Positions 17,064 to 28,921 of a stretch of 32,000 nt of DNA are shown in pieces (position 1 is the stretch's first letter; every line of letters starts with the position of its first letter). Source of the DNA: Escherichia coli (GTDB lineage: Bacteria; Pseudomonadota; Gammaproteobacteria; Enterobacterales; Enterobacteriaceae). The position numbers and the translations under genes were made by a program. The notes beneath the pieces were generated by a model, which was not told the DNA's origin, did not search any database, and saw only the letters and a program-made list of their open reading frames with translations. The DNA lies in NCBI RefSeq assembly GCF_034119765.1, contig NZ_CP139339.1. One strand, given 5' to 3'.

Positions 17064-18317
17064 TTACGCACGAATGGTGTAATCACCAATGCCGATCCAC
17101 TTGTAAGTGGTCAGTGCTTCCAGCCCCATTGGGCCACGCGCGTGGAGTTTTTGTGTGCTTACCGCCACTTCCGCACCCAGTCCAAACTGGCCGCCGTCGG
17201 TAAAACGCGTAGAGGCGTTAACGTAAACAGCGGACGAATCCACTTCGTTAACAAAACGCTGGGCGTTGCGCATATCGCGGGTCAGGATCGCATCGGAGTG
17301 TTGTGTGCCGTGTTCACGAATATGGGCGATGGCATCGTCAAGATCACTGACGATTTTGACGTTCAAATCTAATGACAGAAACTCATCGTCATACTCTTCC
17401 GCTTTAACAGCCACCACCTTCGCGGGGCCTGTCTGCAACTGCGCCAGCGCAGCTGCATCTGCGTGTAATGCCACGCCGCTTTCCTCCATTTGTTTGCTTA
17501 ATGCGGGCAGGAAGCTATCGGCGATGTTTTTATTCACCAGCAACGTTTCTACCGTATTACATGTGCTCGGACGCTGAGTTTTCGCGTTGACGATCACTTT
17601 TAATGCTTCAGCAATCTCTACACTTTCATCAACATAAATATGGCATACGCCTATACCACCTGTGATCACCGGGATCGTCGACTGTTCGCGGCACAGTTTA
17701 TGCAAACCAGCGCCACCACGCGGGATCAGCATGTCGATGTATTTATCCATACGCAGCATTTCACTGACCAGCGCACGGTCAGGATTATCAATCGCCTGCA
17801 CGGCACCCGCCGGTAAGCCGCAGGATTTCAGGGCGTCCTGAATCACCGCCACCGTTGCAGCGTTAGTGCGACACGTTTCTTTGCCACCGCGCAGGATCAC
17901 CGCATTACCGGTTTTCAGGCACAGCGAAGCGACATCAACCGTCACGTTCGGGCGCGCTTCATAAATCACGCCAATAACCCCCAGCGGTACGCGACGACGC
18001 TCAAGACGCAGGCCGCTGTCCAGTACGCCGCCATCGATTACCTGCCCCACCGGATCGGCGAGGTTGCACACCTGACGTACATCGTCGGCAATGCCTTTCA
18101 GCCGTGCGGGCGTCAGTGCCAGACGGTCAAGCATCGCTTCGCTAAGGCCATTGGCTCGCGCGTCAGCAACATCCTGGGCGTTAGCGTTGAGGATGATTTC
18201 GCTTTGTGCTTCCAGTTCATCGGCGATTTTTTCCAGCACGCGATTTTTTTCGCGGCTGGAGAGTTGCGCTAATTTATACGAGGCTTGCTTCGCGGCAATG
18301 CCCATTTGTTCCAGCAT
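17064..18317 (-). CDS. proA: Gamma-glutamyl phosphate reductase
   Basis: 417 aa. [25 protein letters not shown]..., AVILRGGKE. Confidence 0.97.
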   Translation of the reverse strand: MLEQMGIAAKQASYKLAQLSSREKNRVLEKIADELEAQSEIILNANAQDVADARANGLSEAMLDRLALTPARLKGIADDVRQVCNLADPVGQVIDGGVLDSGLRLERRRVPLGVIGVIYEARPNVTVDVASLCLKTGNAVILRGGKETCRTNAATVAVIQDALKSCGLPAGAVQAIDNPDRALVSEMLRMDKYIDMLIPRGGAGLHKLCREQSTIPVITGGIGVCHIYVDESVEIAEALKVIVNAKTQRPSTCNTVETLLVNKNIADSFLPALSKQMEESGVALHADAAALAQLQTGPAKVVAVKAEEYDDEFLSLDLNVKIVSDLDDAIAHIREHGTQHSDAILTRDMRNAQRFVNEVDSSAVYVNASTRFTDGGQFGLGAEVAVSTQKLHARGPMGLEALTTYKWIGIGDYTIRA

Positions 18318-18328
18318 CAGCCTGCTCC

Positions 18329-19432
18329 TTAACGGGTAATCATGTCATCACGGTGAACGGCAACCGGGCCGTATTCATATCCCAGTATTGCATCAATTTC
18401 TTGCGAGTGGTGTCCGGCAATACGGCGTAATGCATCGCTGTTGTAACGACTGACGCCGTGGGCGATATCGCGGCCTTCGAGGTTGCAAATGCGGATGACT
18501 TCACCACGCGAGAAATTGCCAGTCACGCTTTTAATGCCTTTCGGCAACAGGGAGCTGCCGCGTTCCAGAATGGCGGCAGTTGCCCCTTCATCTACCGTGA
18601 TTTCACCCGCCGGCGGCGCACCGAAAATCCAGCGTTTACGGTTTTCAAGCGGAGTCGCCTGGGCATGGAACAGCGTACCGACGGAAATGCCTTCCATCAC
18701 ATCACCAATAACGCCCGGCTTGCTGCCCGCGGCAATAATGGTGTCGATACCCGCACGGCAAGCCACGTCAGCGGCCTGCAATTTGGTACTCATGCCGCCA
18801 GTTCCGAGGCCTGAAACGCTGTCACCGGCAATCGCGCGCAGTGCGTCATCAATGCCGTAAACATCTTTAATCAGTTCTGCCTGCGGATTGCTGCGCGGGT
18901 CAGCGGTATACAAACCTTTTTGATCGGTCAGCAGCAACAGTTTATCGGCACCCGCAAGAATCGCCGCCAGCGCAGAAAGGTTATCGTTATCGCCGACCTT
19001 AATCTCTGCCGTAGCGACAGCATCGTTCTCATTGATTACCGGAACGATATTGTTATCGAGCAACGCTCGCAGGGTGTCGCGGGCGTTCAGGAAGCGTTCA
19101 CGGTCTTCCATATCAGCACGGGTCAGCAGCATTTGCCCGACGTGAATGCCATAAATCGAAAACAGCTGTTCCCACAGTTGAATCAGTCGACTCTGCCCTA
19201 CCGCCGCCAGCAGTTGTTTCGAGGCGATGGTCGCTGGCAGTTCCGGGTAACCCAGGTGCTCACGTCCGGCGGCGATCGCGCCCGACGTCACAATAACAAT
19301 CCGATGCCCGGCGGCATGTAACTGCGCGCACTGGCGAACAAGTTCAACGATATGGGCACGGTTCAGACGGCGCGATCCGCCTGTTAGCACACTGGTGCCG
19401 AGTTTTACCACCAGCGTCTGGCTGTCACTCAT
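18329..19432 (-). CDS. proB: Glutamate 5-kinase
   Basis: 367 aa from [19 protein letters not shown]. Kinase plus PUA domains. The track start at 19519 is too long. Confidence 0.96.
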
Positions 19433-19536
19433 GATTCTCTGCCATTCAATTTTAGGAAAAATGATATCAAACGAACGTTTTAGCAGGACTGTCGTCGGTT
19501 GCCAACCATCTGCGAGCAAAGCATGGCGTTTTGTTG

Positions 19537-19545
19537 CGCGGGATC
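19537..19545. repeat. IS1 target-site duplication, left copy (CGCGGGATC)
   Basis: Identical 9-mer at 20314-20322. Confidence 0.95.
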
Positions 19546-19600
19546 GGTGATGCTGCCAACTTACTGATTTAGTGTATGATGGTGTTTTTGAGGTGCTCCA

Positions 19601-19876
19601 GTGGCTTCTGTTTCTATCAGCTGTCCCTCCTGTTCAGCTACTGACGGGGTGGTGCGTAACGGCAAAAGCACTGCCGGACATCAGCGCTATCTCTGCTCTC
19701 ACTGCCGTAAAACATGGCAACTGCAGTTCACTTACACCGCTTCTCAACCCGGTACGCACCAGAAAATCATTGATATGGCCATGAATGGCGTCGGATGCCG
19801 GGCAACCGCCCGCATTATGGGCGTTGGCCTCAACACGATTTTCCGCCATTTAAAAAACTCAGGCCGCAGTCGGTAA
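19601..19876 (+). CDS. insA: IS1 InsA
   Basis: 91 aa. [40 protein letters not shown]. Confidence 0.96.
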
Positions 19877-20298
19877 CCTCGCGCATACAGCCGGGCAGTG
19901 ACGTCATCGTCTGCGCGGAAATGGACGAACAGTGGGGCTACGTCGGTGCTAAATCACGTCAGCGCTGGCTGTTTTACGCGTATGACAGGATACGGAGGAC
20001 AGTTGTGGCGCACGTTTTCGGTGAACGCACTCTGGCCACACTGGAGCGTCTTCTGAGCCTGCTGTCGGCCTTTGAGGTCGTGGTATGGATGACGGATGGC
20101 TGGCCGCTGTATGAATCACGCCTGAAGGGAAAGCTGCACGTTATCAGCAAGCGTTACACTCAGCGCATTGAGCGACATAATCTGAATCTGAGACAACATC
20201 TGGCAAGGCTGGGACGGAAGTCGCTGTCGTTCTCAAAATCGGTGGAGCTGCATGACAAGGTCATCGGGCATTATCTGAACATAAAACACTATCAGTAA
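19795..20298 (+). CDS. insB: IS1 InsB transposase
   Basis: 167 aa. [51 protein letters not shown]. Confidence 0.96.
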   Translation: MPGNRPHYGRWPQHDFPPFKKLRPQSVTSRIQPGSDVIVCAEMDEQWGYVGAKSRQRWLFYAYDRIRRTVVAHVFGERTLATLERLLSLLSAFEVVVWMTDGWPLYESRLKGKLHVISKRYTQRIERHNLNLRQHLARLGRKSLSFSKSVELHDKVIGHYLNIKHYQ

Positions 20299-20313
20299 GT
20301 TGGAGTCACTACC

Positions 20314-20322
20314 CGCGGGATC
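20314..20322. repeat. IS1 target-site duplication, right copy (CGCGGGATC)
   Basis: Identical 9-mer at 19537-19545. Confidence 0.95.
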
Positions 20323-20397
20323 AGCAAGCCTAGCGGCAGTTGTTTACGCTTTTATTACAGATTTAATAAATTACCACATTTTAAGAATATTATTAAT

Positions 20398-20420
20398 CTG
20401 TAATATATCTTTAACAATCT
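20398..20420 (+). promoter_or_regulatory. Pho box (PhoB binding site) upstream of phoE
   Basis: CTGTAATATATCTTTAACAATCT, two CTGTAAT/TTAACAA-like half sites upstream of phoE. Confidence 0.75.
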
Positions 20421-20496
20421 CAGGTTAAAAACTTTCCTGTTTTCAACGGGGCTCTCCCGCTGAATATTCGCGCGTTAATTAAAATCAGGAATGAAA

Positions 20497-21552
20497 ATGA
20501 AAAAGAGCACTCTGGCATTAGTGGTGATGGGCATTGTGGCATCTGCATCTGTACAGGCTGCAGAAATATATAATAAAGACGGTAATAAACTGGATGTCTA
20601 TGGCAAAGTTAAAGCCATGCATTATATGAGTGATAACGCCAGTAAAGATGGCGACCAGAGTTATATCCGTTTTGGTTTTAAAGGCGAAACACAAATTAAC
20701 GATCAACTGACTGGTTATGGTCGTTGGGAAGCAGAGTTTGCCGGTAATAAAGCAGAGAGTGATACTGCACAGCAAAAAACGCGTCTCGCTTTTGCCGGGT
20801 TGAAATATAAAGATTTGGGTTCTTTCGATTATGGTCGTAACCTGGGGGCGTTGTATGACGTGGAAGCCTGGACCGATATGTTCCCGGAATTTGGTGGCGA
20901 TTCCTCGGCGCAGACCGACAACTTTATGACCAAACGCGCCAGCGGTCTGGCGACGTATCGGAACACCGACTTCTTCGGCGTTATCGATGGCCTGAACTTA
21001 ACCCTGCAATATCAAGGGAAAAACGAAAACCGCGACGTTAAAAAGCAAAACGGCGATGGCTTCGGCACGTCATTGACATATGACTTTGGCGGCAGCGATT
21101 TCGCCATTAGTGGGGCCTATACCAACTCAGATCGCACCAACGAGCAGAACCTGCAAAGCCGTGGCACAGGCAAGCGTGCAGAAGCATGGGCAACAGGTCT
21201 GAAATACGATGCCAATAATATTTATCTGGCAACTTTCTATTCTGAAACACGCAAAATGACGCCAATAACTGGCGGCTTTGCCAATAAGACACAGAACTTT
21301 GAAGCGGTCGCTCAATACCAGTTTGACTTTGGTCTGCGTCCATCGCTGGGTTATGTCTTATCGAAAGGGAAAGATATTGAAGGTATCGGTGATGAAGATC
21401 TGGTCAATTATATCGACGTCGGTGCTACGTATTATTTCAACAAAAATATGTCAGCGTTTGTTGATTATAAAATCAACCAACTGGATAGCGATAACAAATT
21501 GAATATTAATAATGATGATATTGTCGCGGTTGGCATGACCTATCAGTTTTAA
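20497..21552 (+). CDS. phoE: Outer membrane porin PhoE
   Basis: 351 aa. Signal peptide [47 protein letters not shown]-terminal aromatic GMTYQF. Confidence 0.96.
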   Translation: MKKSTLALVVMGIVASASVQAAEIYNKDGNKLDVYGKVKAMHYMSDNASKDGDQSYIRFGFKGETQINDQLTGYGRWEAEFAGNKAESDTAQQKTRLAFAGLKYKDLGSFDYGRNLGALYDVEAWTDMFPEFGGDSSAQTDNFMTKRASGLATYRNTDFFGVIDGLNLTLQYQGKNENRDVKKQNGDGFGTSLTYDFGGSDFAISGAYTNSDRTNEQNLQSRGTGKRAEAWATGLKYDANNIYLATFYSETRKMTPITGGFANKTQNFEAVAQYQFDFGLRPSLGYVLSKGKDIEGIGDEDLVNYIDVGATYYFNKNMSAFVDYKINQLDSDNKLNINNDDIVAVGMTYQF

Positions 21553-21559
21553 TGGATAT

Positions 21560-21582
21560 TGCCGGATGTGATACATCCGGCA
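21560..21582. terminator. Hairpin between convergent phoE and crl (REP-like, possible bidirectional terminator)
   Basis: TGCCGGATGTGATACATCCGGCA inverted repeat in the convergent intergenic region. Confidence 0.55.
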
Positions 21583-21590
21583 CATTTCAC

Positions 21591-22049
<459 letters not shown>

Positions 22050-23294
22050 TTAACACAAACGTTTTTCGATCCAGTCTGTGATTTCCTGAAGACCTTTGTC
22101 AAAATTCCGATACACCGGGTTAAATGGGATCTCTAATAATTTACCGTCAGCAGATGATGAGGTGATTAAGCGTGAGTCCTCTTCCGGGCTGAACGGATCG
22201 TTCTTCCAGTAGCCCGATAACATTGGCGTTGGGCAGCGACGTCCCAGCAATCCTTGCACTTTTAATGAATAGCGATTCAGCTCCACGCGCAACGCTTCGT
22301 CGGAAGCATCATGCATCCCCAAACGACTCGCCAGAACGTCAAGATACATTTCCGGCACCTGTTGCTGGCACTTAAAATCACTCAACAGGGTATGAACTAC
22401 CGGACCAAGACAGGCAACCGCTTTCAGACGCGGCGATTCAAGGTATGCCAGACGCACGGCAACGTTAGCGCCGAAACGGAAACCAAAGGCCGCGACGCGA
22501 GTGTGATCCACCCACGGTACGTTAGGCAGCGCCTTTAAGACGTGCTGATGCAACAGGCTGGAGTCCTGGGTCAGCTTCCATTTTGAAGAAAAGCCCACCG
22601 ACGGCATATCAATAGTCAGCATCGCAATGCCGCGCGGCGCAAAATAACGTTCGTACAGGCTGTAATAGTCCGTCTGCATCGCATCCAGACCACCACACAT
22701 TAATACTGTCGGGAACGGGCCATCGCCTTTCGGCATATGCAAAAAGCCGGTGATGGGCGCACCGCCGGGTACGGTAAACTCCATCTGCCGCATCGTGCCC
22801 GGCAGACGCTGAGCGGCCTCTTCATAGGCGCGGTTTGACAAAGCCTGCGCTTGCTCGGCCAGGTCATCTCCTTTCAGATGAGGATAGGCAGCAATGTTAT
22901 ACAACGTAGCCGCATGCAGCCAGTGACGACCACTGAGTTGCGGATCTTCTTCCGCACAGGCTTTTTGTTGCCACACCATCGCCTGGGTGGCCCACTCATA
23001 AATCCAGTTGCCACCACGGTAGCCAATCACAGTATCGTATAAATCATCGTCGGTACGTTCAGCATCGCTCATCACAATACGTGCCTGGACGTCGAGGATT
23101 TCACGTGGGTCAATACCGCGCCAGATCCACATCAGACGGTTAATCATGCGATACCAGTGAGGGATGGTTTTACCATCAAGAGCCGACTGCACAGGCGGTT
23201 GTGCGCCGTGATTAAAGCGGCGGACTAGCGTCGAGGTTTCAGGATGTTTAAAGCGGGGTTTGAACAGGGTTTCGCTCAGGTTTGCCTGTGTCAT
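22050..23294 (-). CDS. frsA: Esterase FrsA (fermentation-respiration switch protein)
   Basis: 414 aa. [30 protein letters not shown], alpha/beta-hydrolase C-terminal half. Confidence 0.94.
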
Positions 23295-23385
23295 GGATGC
23301 AGCCTCCAGAATACTTACTGGAAACTATTGTAACCCGCCTGAAGTTAAAAAGAACAACGCCCGGCAGTGCCAGGCGTTGAAAAGA

Positions 23386-23844
23386 TTAGCGACCGGAGAT
23401 TGGCGGGACGAATACGACGCCCATATCCCACGGCTGTTCAATCCAGGTATCTTGCAGGATATCAACAACATAGTCATCAACCAGCGGACGACCAGCCGGT
23501 TTTGCGAAGATGGTGACAAAGTGCGCTTTTGGATACATTTCACGAATCGCAACCGCAGTACCACCGGTATCCACCAGGTCATCAATAACGATGAAGCCTT
23601 CGCCATCGCCTTCTGCGCGTTTCAGCACTTTAAGCTCGCGCTGGTTGTCGTGATCGTAGCTGGAAATACAAACGGTATCGACATGACGAATACCCAGTTC
23701 ACGCGCCAGTAACGCACCCGGTACCAGACCGCCACGGCTTACGGCAATAATGCCTTTCCATTGTTCAGAAGGCATCAGTCGGCTTGCGAGTTTACGTGCA
23801 TGGATCTGCAACATGTCCCAGGTGACGATGTATTTTTCGCTCAT
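23386..23844 (-). CDS. gpt: Xanthine-guanine phosphoribosyltransferase
   Basis: 152 aa. [56 protein letters not shown]. Confidence 0.97.
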   Translation of the reverse strand: MSEKYIVTWDMLQIHARKLASRLMPSEQWKGIIAVSRGGLVPGALLARELGIRHVDTVCISSYDHDNQRELKVLKRAEGDGEGFIVIDDLVDTGGTAVAIREMYPKAHFVTIFAKPAGRPLVDDYVVDILQDTWIEQPWDMGVVFVPPISGR

Positions 23845-24104
23845 GTGAAGTGTCCCAGCCTGTTTATCTACGGCTTAAAAAGTGTTCGAGGGGAAAATAG
23901 GTTGCGCGAGATTATAGAGATCTGGCGCACTAAAAACCAGTATTTCACATGAGTCCGCGTCTTTTTACGCACTGCCTCTCCCTGACGCGGGATAAAGTGG
24001 TATTCTCAAACATATCTCGCAAGCCTGTCTTGTGTTGACAACATTTTCTGCTAACCCTGTGACCTGCAATACTGTTTTGCGGGTGATCGACAAGGAGACT
24101 TAAC

Positions 24105-25562
24105 GTGTCTGAACTGTCTCAATTATCTCCACAGCCGCTGTGGGATATTTTTGCCAAAATCTGTTCTATTCCTCACCCGTCCTATCATGAAGAGCAACTC
24201 GCTGAATACATTGTTGGTTGGGCAAAAGAGAAAGGTTTCCATGTCGAACGCGATCAGGTAGGTAATATCCTGATTCGTAAACCTGCCACCGCAGGTATGG
24301 AAAATCGTAAACCGGTCGTCTTGCAGGCCCACCTCGATATGGTGCCGCAGAAAAATAACGACACCGTGCATGACTTCACGAAAGATCCTATCCAGCCTTA
24401 TATTGATGGCGAATGGGTTAAAGCGCGCGGCACCACGCTGGGTGCAGATAACGGCATTGGTATGGCGTCTGCGCTGGCGGTTCTGGCTGACGAAAACGTG
24501 GTTCACGGCCCGCTGGAAGTGCTGCTGACCATGACCGAAGAAGCCGGTATGGACGGTGCGTTCGGCTTACAGAGCAACTGGTTGCAGGCTGATATTCTGA
24601 TTAACACCGACTCCGAAGAAGAAGGTGAAATCTACATGGGTTGCGCGGGGGGTATCGACTTCACCTCCAACCTGCATTTGGATCGTGAAGCGGTTCCAGC
24701 TGGCTTTGAAACCTTCAAGTTAACCTTAAAAGGTCTAAAAGGCGGTCACTCCGGCGGTGAAATCCACGTTGGCCTGGGTAATGCCAACAAACTGCTGGTG
24801 CGCTTCCTGGCGGGTCATGCGGAAGAGCTGGACCTGCGCCTTATCGATTTCAACGGTGGCACACTGCGTAACGCCATCCCGCGTGAAGCCTTTGCGACCA
24901 TTGCTGTCGCAGCTGATAAAGTCGACGCCCTGAAATCTCTGGTGAATACCTATCAGGACATCCTGAAAAACGAGCTGGCAGAGAAAGAGAAGAATCTGGC
25001 CTTGTTGCTGGACTCTGTAGCGAACGATAAAGCTGCTCTGATTGCGAAATCTCGCGATACCTTTATTCGTCTGCTGAACGCCACCCCGAACGGTGTGATC
25101 CGCAATTCCGACGTGGCAAAAGGTGTGGTCGAAACCTCCCTGAACGTCGGTGTGGTGACCATGACTGACAATAACGTAGAAATTCACTGCCTGATCCGTT
25201 CACTGATCGACAGCGGTAAAGACTACGTGGTGAGCATGCTGGATTCGCTGGGTAAACTGGCTGGCGCGAAAACCGAAGCGAAAGGCGCATATCCTGGCTG
25301 GCAGCCGGACGCTAATTCTCCGGTGATGCATCTGGTACGTGAAACCTATCAGCGCCTGTTCAACAAGACGCCGAACATCCAGATTATCCACGCGGGCCTG
25401 GAATGTGGTCTGTTTAAAAAACCGTATCCGGAAATGGACATGGTTTCTATCGGGCCAACTATCACCGGTCCACACTCTCCGGATGAGCAAGTTCACATCA
25501 AAAGCGTAGGTCATTACTGGACACTGCTGACTGAACTGCTGAAAGAAATTCCGGCGAAGTAA
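24105..25562 (+). CDS. pepD: Aminoacyl-histidine dipeptidase
   Basis: 485 aa. MSELSQLSPQPLWDIFAKICSIPHPSYHEEQLAEYIV, M20 family motifs. Confidence 0.96.
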   Translation: MSELSQLSPQPLWDIFAKICSIPHPSYHEEQLAEYIVGWAKEKGFHVERDQVGNILIRKPATAGMENRKPVVLQAHLDMVPQKNNDTVHDFTKDPIQPYIDGEWVKARGTTLGADNGIGMASALAVLADENVVHGPLEVLLTMTEEAGMDGAFGLQSNWLQADILINTDSEEEGEIYMGCAGGIDFTSNLHLDREAVPAGFETFKLTLKGLKGGHSGGEIHVGLGNANKLLVRFLAGHAEELDLRLIDFNGGTLRNAIPREAFATIAVAADKVDALKSLVNTYQDILKNELAEKEKNLALLLDSVANDKAALIAKSRDTFIRLLNATPNGVIRNSDVAKGVVETSLNVGVVTMTDNNVEIHCLIRSLIDSGKDYVVSMLDSLGKLAGAKTEAKGAYPGWQPDANSPVMHLVRETYQRLFNKTPNIQIIHAGLECGLFKKPYPEMDMVSIGPTITGPHSPDEQVHIKSVGHYWTLLTELLKEIPAK

Positions 25563-25574
25563 TTATTTGATTTG

Positions 25575-25606
25575 CTGCCGGATGGCGTTTAATCGCCTTC
25601 CGGCAG
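25575..25606 (+). terminator. Stem-loop downstream of pepD
   Basis: CTGCCGGATGGCGTTTAATCGCCTTCCGGCAG inverted repeat. Confidence 0.5.
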
Positions 25607-25618
25607 TTTCATCCTTCA

Positions 25619-26176
25619 TTATCCTTCGATAAAAGCCATCCCTGTAAATGTCCGTCGCGGGTTGCCACGTTCAATCTGGTGATGGAACATTCGCCGCTGC
25701 GATTTCAGCGCCGCGCTATTTTCCTGTTGCTGCTGCTCCAGCTTCCAGGCAATCAGCAATCGCGCCAGCCGTTTGTTAGCATGCTGGCTGCGCTCTGACT
25801 GAACCTTCACGCTAATACCGGATGCCAGATGCGTGGCGCGTACCGCCGAGTCGGTTTTATTGACATGTTGACCGCCCGGCCCCGACGAACGCAGCGTCTC
25901 ATAACGGATTGCATCCGATTGTTCCTTCTCATCAGCGGTAAAACGCCCAATGCCCAGAAACCAGTTTTTGCGCCCATGATGAGGCCGATACGGACTCGGA
26001 CAAATCCACTGAATAGTGCCACACCAGCTTTCGCTTAATGCCCATGCGTTATCGCCATCCAGAGAAACCAGCGCCGAACGCAGCGTGTCAGAGTAGCGGC
26101 CCGTTTCTGTTTCCAGCACCGTTACAGCGACGTCTTGTCGGGTAAAAACGACCAACAGAGAAGAACGCTGCGCCAA
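25619..26176 (-). pseudogene. prfH: Peptide chain release factor H remnant (N-terminus lost by deletion)
   Basis: The GGQ motif ([43 protein letters not shown]) is retained. The first residues come from the rtcB2 out-of-frame junction. Confidence 0.85.
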
Positions 26177-26354
26177 TCGGGTAGCCGCGTCCGGGGTGTA
26201 AATCTGGCATCCCCACTACGCGCTGCATGTTGGGTAAATTTGCCGTGGTGTGTAATTGTTGGATCGCTAAACTCTCGATCCACAGGTCATCAGATGCGAT
26301 GGTAAATACCGCATCGGATAAGGGACGAATATATTTGCCCATGTACCATTCCAT
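26088..26354 (-). pseudogene. ykfJ: RtcB2 RNA ligase N-terminal remnant (88 aa, ykfJ-like)
   Basis: [62 protein letters not shown] is an RtcB N-terminus. It then becomes out-of-frame prfH sequence. Confidence 0.85.
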
Positions 26355-26587
26355 TTATACTCGTCATACTTCAAGTTGCATGTACTGCGACTCGAATTAT
26401 TTAGAGTATATAAATATAAAAATCAGGAAATGGCAGACGAATCCAGGGCAAGAAAAAAAGAATTAATCCTAGAAAGGTCTGCAAAGAGTCATTGATAAAG
26501 GATTTGTCATGATTTACCTCCTTGCAGTTTGTGGAATAAGAAAACGCGCACATACCAGGCGGGCGTTATTTTCATTGCAAGCTGGAT

Positions 26588-27040
26588 TTAATATTGCGGT
26601 TTATATCGCATATAAAAATTAGTAAACCACGTTCCCCGGCATTCAACGCGCTGCTGCTTAACTGTCTGAAAACCATAACGTTCAAAAAAGGGTTTTGCGG
26701 TTATGCTGGCGTCCACCGTAAGTTCGGATTCAGACTTAATCAAAGGTTTTAACAAAGCGCAGGCAACCCCGCGGCGGGTGTATTCAGGGTCAACAAATAA
26801 CATATCGATATAACGTTCAACGCAGGTAATAAAACCAACCGGTTGTGCATTAATGACGGCAACCCGCACTTGTGATTTCGCGAGTTTCTCCTTCCAGCGA
26901 GATTCGTCAATCTGCGCCCAGGCGGCAATTTGTTGTGGTGAATAATGCTGACTGGAGATCATCGTAACCGCTCTAATGAAAATAGCGCATAGTTGCTGAA
27001 AATCGCCAGGCTGATAGTCTCTTATTTGTATGTTATTCAT
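26588..27040 (-). CDS. yafP: GNAT-family N-acetyltransferase
   Basis: 150 aa. Acetyltransferase motifs (DMLFVDPEYTRRGVACALL), in the dinB-yafNOP order. Confidence 0.94.
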   Translation of the reverse strand: MNNIQIRDYQPGDFQQLCAIFIRAVTMISSQHYSPQQIAAWAQIDESRWKEKLAKSQVRVAVINAQPVGFITCVERYIDMLFVDPEYTRRGVACALLKPLIKSESELTVDASITAKPFFERYGFQTVKQQRVECRGTWFTNFYMRYKPQY

Positions 27041-27049
27041 AATATAAAT

Positions 27050-27448
27050 TCAAAAACGCATGCGAAACGCTTCTGCCATTTTCCCAATTTTATGCATTTG
27101 GTTGTTATCTCGAGCCTGTTTATGAGGTTCAGGTTTCAGAATGGCAATGAGCAACCATGCTTGCTCATCAAACGCACCCTGACAATATACCAAATGCGCT
27201 TCGTCATTCGTTCTGCTGAATTGGCGCAACTGTGGCGGAAATGGATTATTCACATTTGCCAGATGAATATGAGCAACTCGCTCAAATTTGATTAATGGCC
27301 AGGTAAACGAGTCGTCGTAGAGTGCATCGCGACCAAATATATCTGGCAAAACACCGTCACGCTTATAGGAAATAAAATCCGCCGTTAACGCATCAAGTTC
27401 CTCTGCTGTAAGTTGCAGGCGAATAAGTTTTGTTTTGAATACCCGCAT
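27050..27448 (-). CDS. yafO: YafO mRNA interferase toxin
   Basis: 132 aa, immediately downstream of yafN. Confidence 0.94.
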   Translation of the reverse strand: MRVFKTKLIRLQLTAEELDALTADFISYKRDGVLPDIFGRDALYDDSFTWPLIKFERVAHIHLANVNNPFPPQLRQFSRTNDEAHLVYCQGAFDEQAWLLIAILKPEPHKQARDNNQMHKIGKMAEAFRMRF

Positions 27449-27450
27449 CC

Positions 27451-27744
27451 TTATTCCTTAAAGTCATTGAAATCATCATCCGTCATATCATTAAGATATT
27501 TTTCAGCTCGGCGTGTAATTTCCTCTAATCTTGCAGCACTTGGACGGAAGCGCGCCTTTATGGGCTTTTTCTCCTCTTGTTCAGCAAGCATGTCCATTAA
27601 CGCTTCGAATGCGCTGGCACTTAAGAGATATCCTGCGGGGCGATTATTAGAAAGAACCGCAACCGGTTGATCAATAAAGTATTTAGCTGGGTTTTTACGT
27701 AACTCAGTAATATTGACCGATTTTTCAGCGAGAATTCGATGCAT
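27451..27744 (-). CDS. yafN: YafN antitoxin
   Basis: 97 aa. Phd/YefM-like MHRILAEKSVNITELRKNPAKYFIDQPVAVLSNNRPAGYLLSASAFEALMDML. Confidence 0.95.
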   Translation of the reverse strand: MHRILAEKSVNITELRKNPAKYFIDQPVAVLSNNRPAGYLLSASAFEALMDMLAEQEEKKPIKARFRPSAARLEEITRRAEKYLNDMTDDDFNDFKE

Positions 27745-27795
27745 GCAGTGATCCCCTCATAATAATGCACACCAGAATAGACATAATAGTATACA

Positions 27796-28851
27796 TCATA
27801 ATCCCAGCACCAGTTGTCTTTCCATTTGCGGATCAAGCAACGTCACATGCAGCCCCACCAGTCGCACACCGCGCCCGCCGCGGCGTTCATCCCAGGTTTT
27901 ACGCGCGGTGGCGATTAAGTCAGCTTTATTCAGCCGCGGCCAGACGTGCTCCTGAGTGGTTTGCTGAAAATCGTCGAACTTTAATTTCACCCCCTGGCGG
28001 GCAATCAGTAAATCAGGTTTTACCTTTGCCAGACGGCGTTCAAGTTCCGGATACAGCCGCTCGATAATCGCTTCACATTCAGACCAGTGGTGGATATCTT
28101 CCGCCATCGTGCGTTCCACGCCGACGGATTTTCGCAACCGTTCGCTGTTAACGTCGCGCTCGTCAATCCCCTGACTACGCTCCCACAAAATGCGGCCAAA
28201 TTTGCCAAAGCGTTTAAGCAGCATCACCAGATCACACTTTTGTACATCACCGCAGGTTCGTAGCCCCATCGCTTCCAGTTTTGCCGCCGAGACTTTGCCG
28301 ACGCCGGGGATTTTTGCCAGTGGTAAGGTTTGTAAAAATGCCGGAACTTCTGCCGGCGTAATCACAAACTGGCCGTTGGGTTTATTCATGTCGGAGGCGA
28401 TTTTGGCGAGAAACTTTACGGGTGCCACGCCCGCAGACGCCGTCAGTTGCAGCTCGTTGAAAATCGTCTGGCGGATTTCCTGGGCGATGAGGGTCGCAGA
28501 ACCGTGGCAATGGACGCTATCGGTGACGTCGAGATAAGCCTCATCCAGTGACAACGGTTCAATACGCGAGGTGTAGCGCGAGAAGATTTCGCGGATATGA
28601 TTTGAGGCTTCTTTGTAGGCGTCAAAGCGCCCCGGAAGCAAGGTGAGATGCGGGCATAATTTGAGCGCCATCCCTGTCGGCATAGCGCTACGTACGCCAA
28701 ATTTACGCGCGGGATAATTGGCGGTGCTGATCACCCCCCGACGTTCGCGGCTGCCGCCAATAGCAATAGGGATATCGCGCAGGGCGGGATTGTCGCGCAT
28801 CTCCACTGCGGCGAAAAAGCAGTCCATATCCACATGAATGATTTTACGCAT
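27796..28851 (-). CDS. dinB: DNA polymerase IV
   Basis: 351 aa. [46 protein letters not shown]. Confidence 0.97.
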
Positions 28852-28867
28852 TACTCACCTCTCAACA

Positions 28868-28883
28868 CTGGTAAAGTATACAG
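28868..28883. promoter_or_regulatory. LexA (SOS) box upstream of dinB
   Basis: CTGGTAAAGTATACAG matches CTG-N10-CAG, immediately upstream of dinB. Confidence 0.85.
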
Positions 28884-28921
28884 TGATTTCAGGGTTTGAG
28901 AAATGCGTAAAGATTCAGCAT

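Larger units (their letters stand above)
19546..20313 (+). mobile_element. IS1 (768 bp)
   Basis: Terminal GGTGATGCTGCCAACTTACTGATTT and AGTAAGTTGGAGTCACTACC, insA and insB frames, and a 9-bp duplication CGCGGGATC on both sides. Confidence 0.97.

Noticed and set aside
27050-27744. yafO/yafN toxin-antitoxin pair as a possible novel system
   Set aside because: This is the well-known dinB-operon TA pair, so it is a feature, not a new finding.
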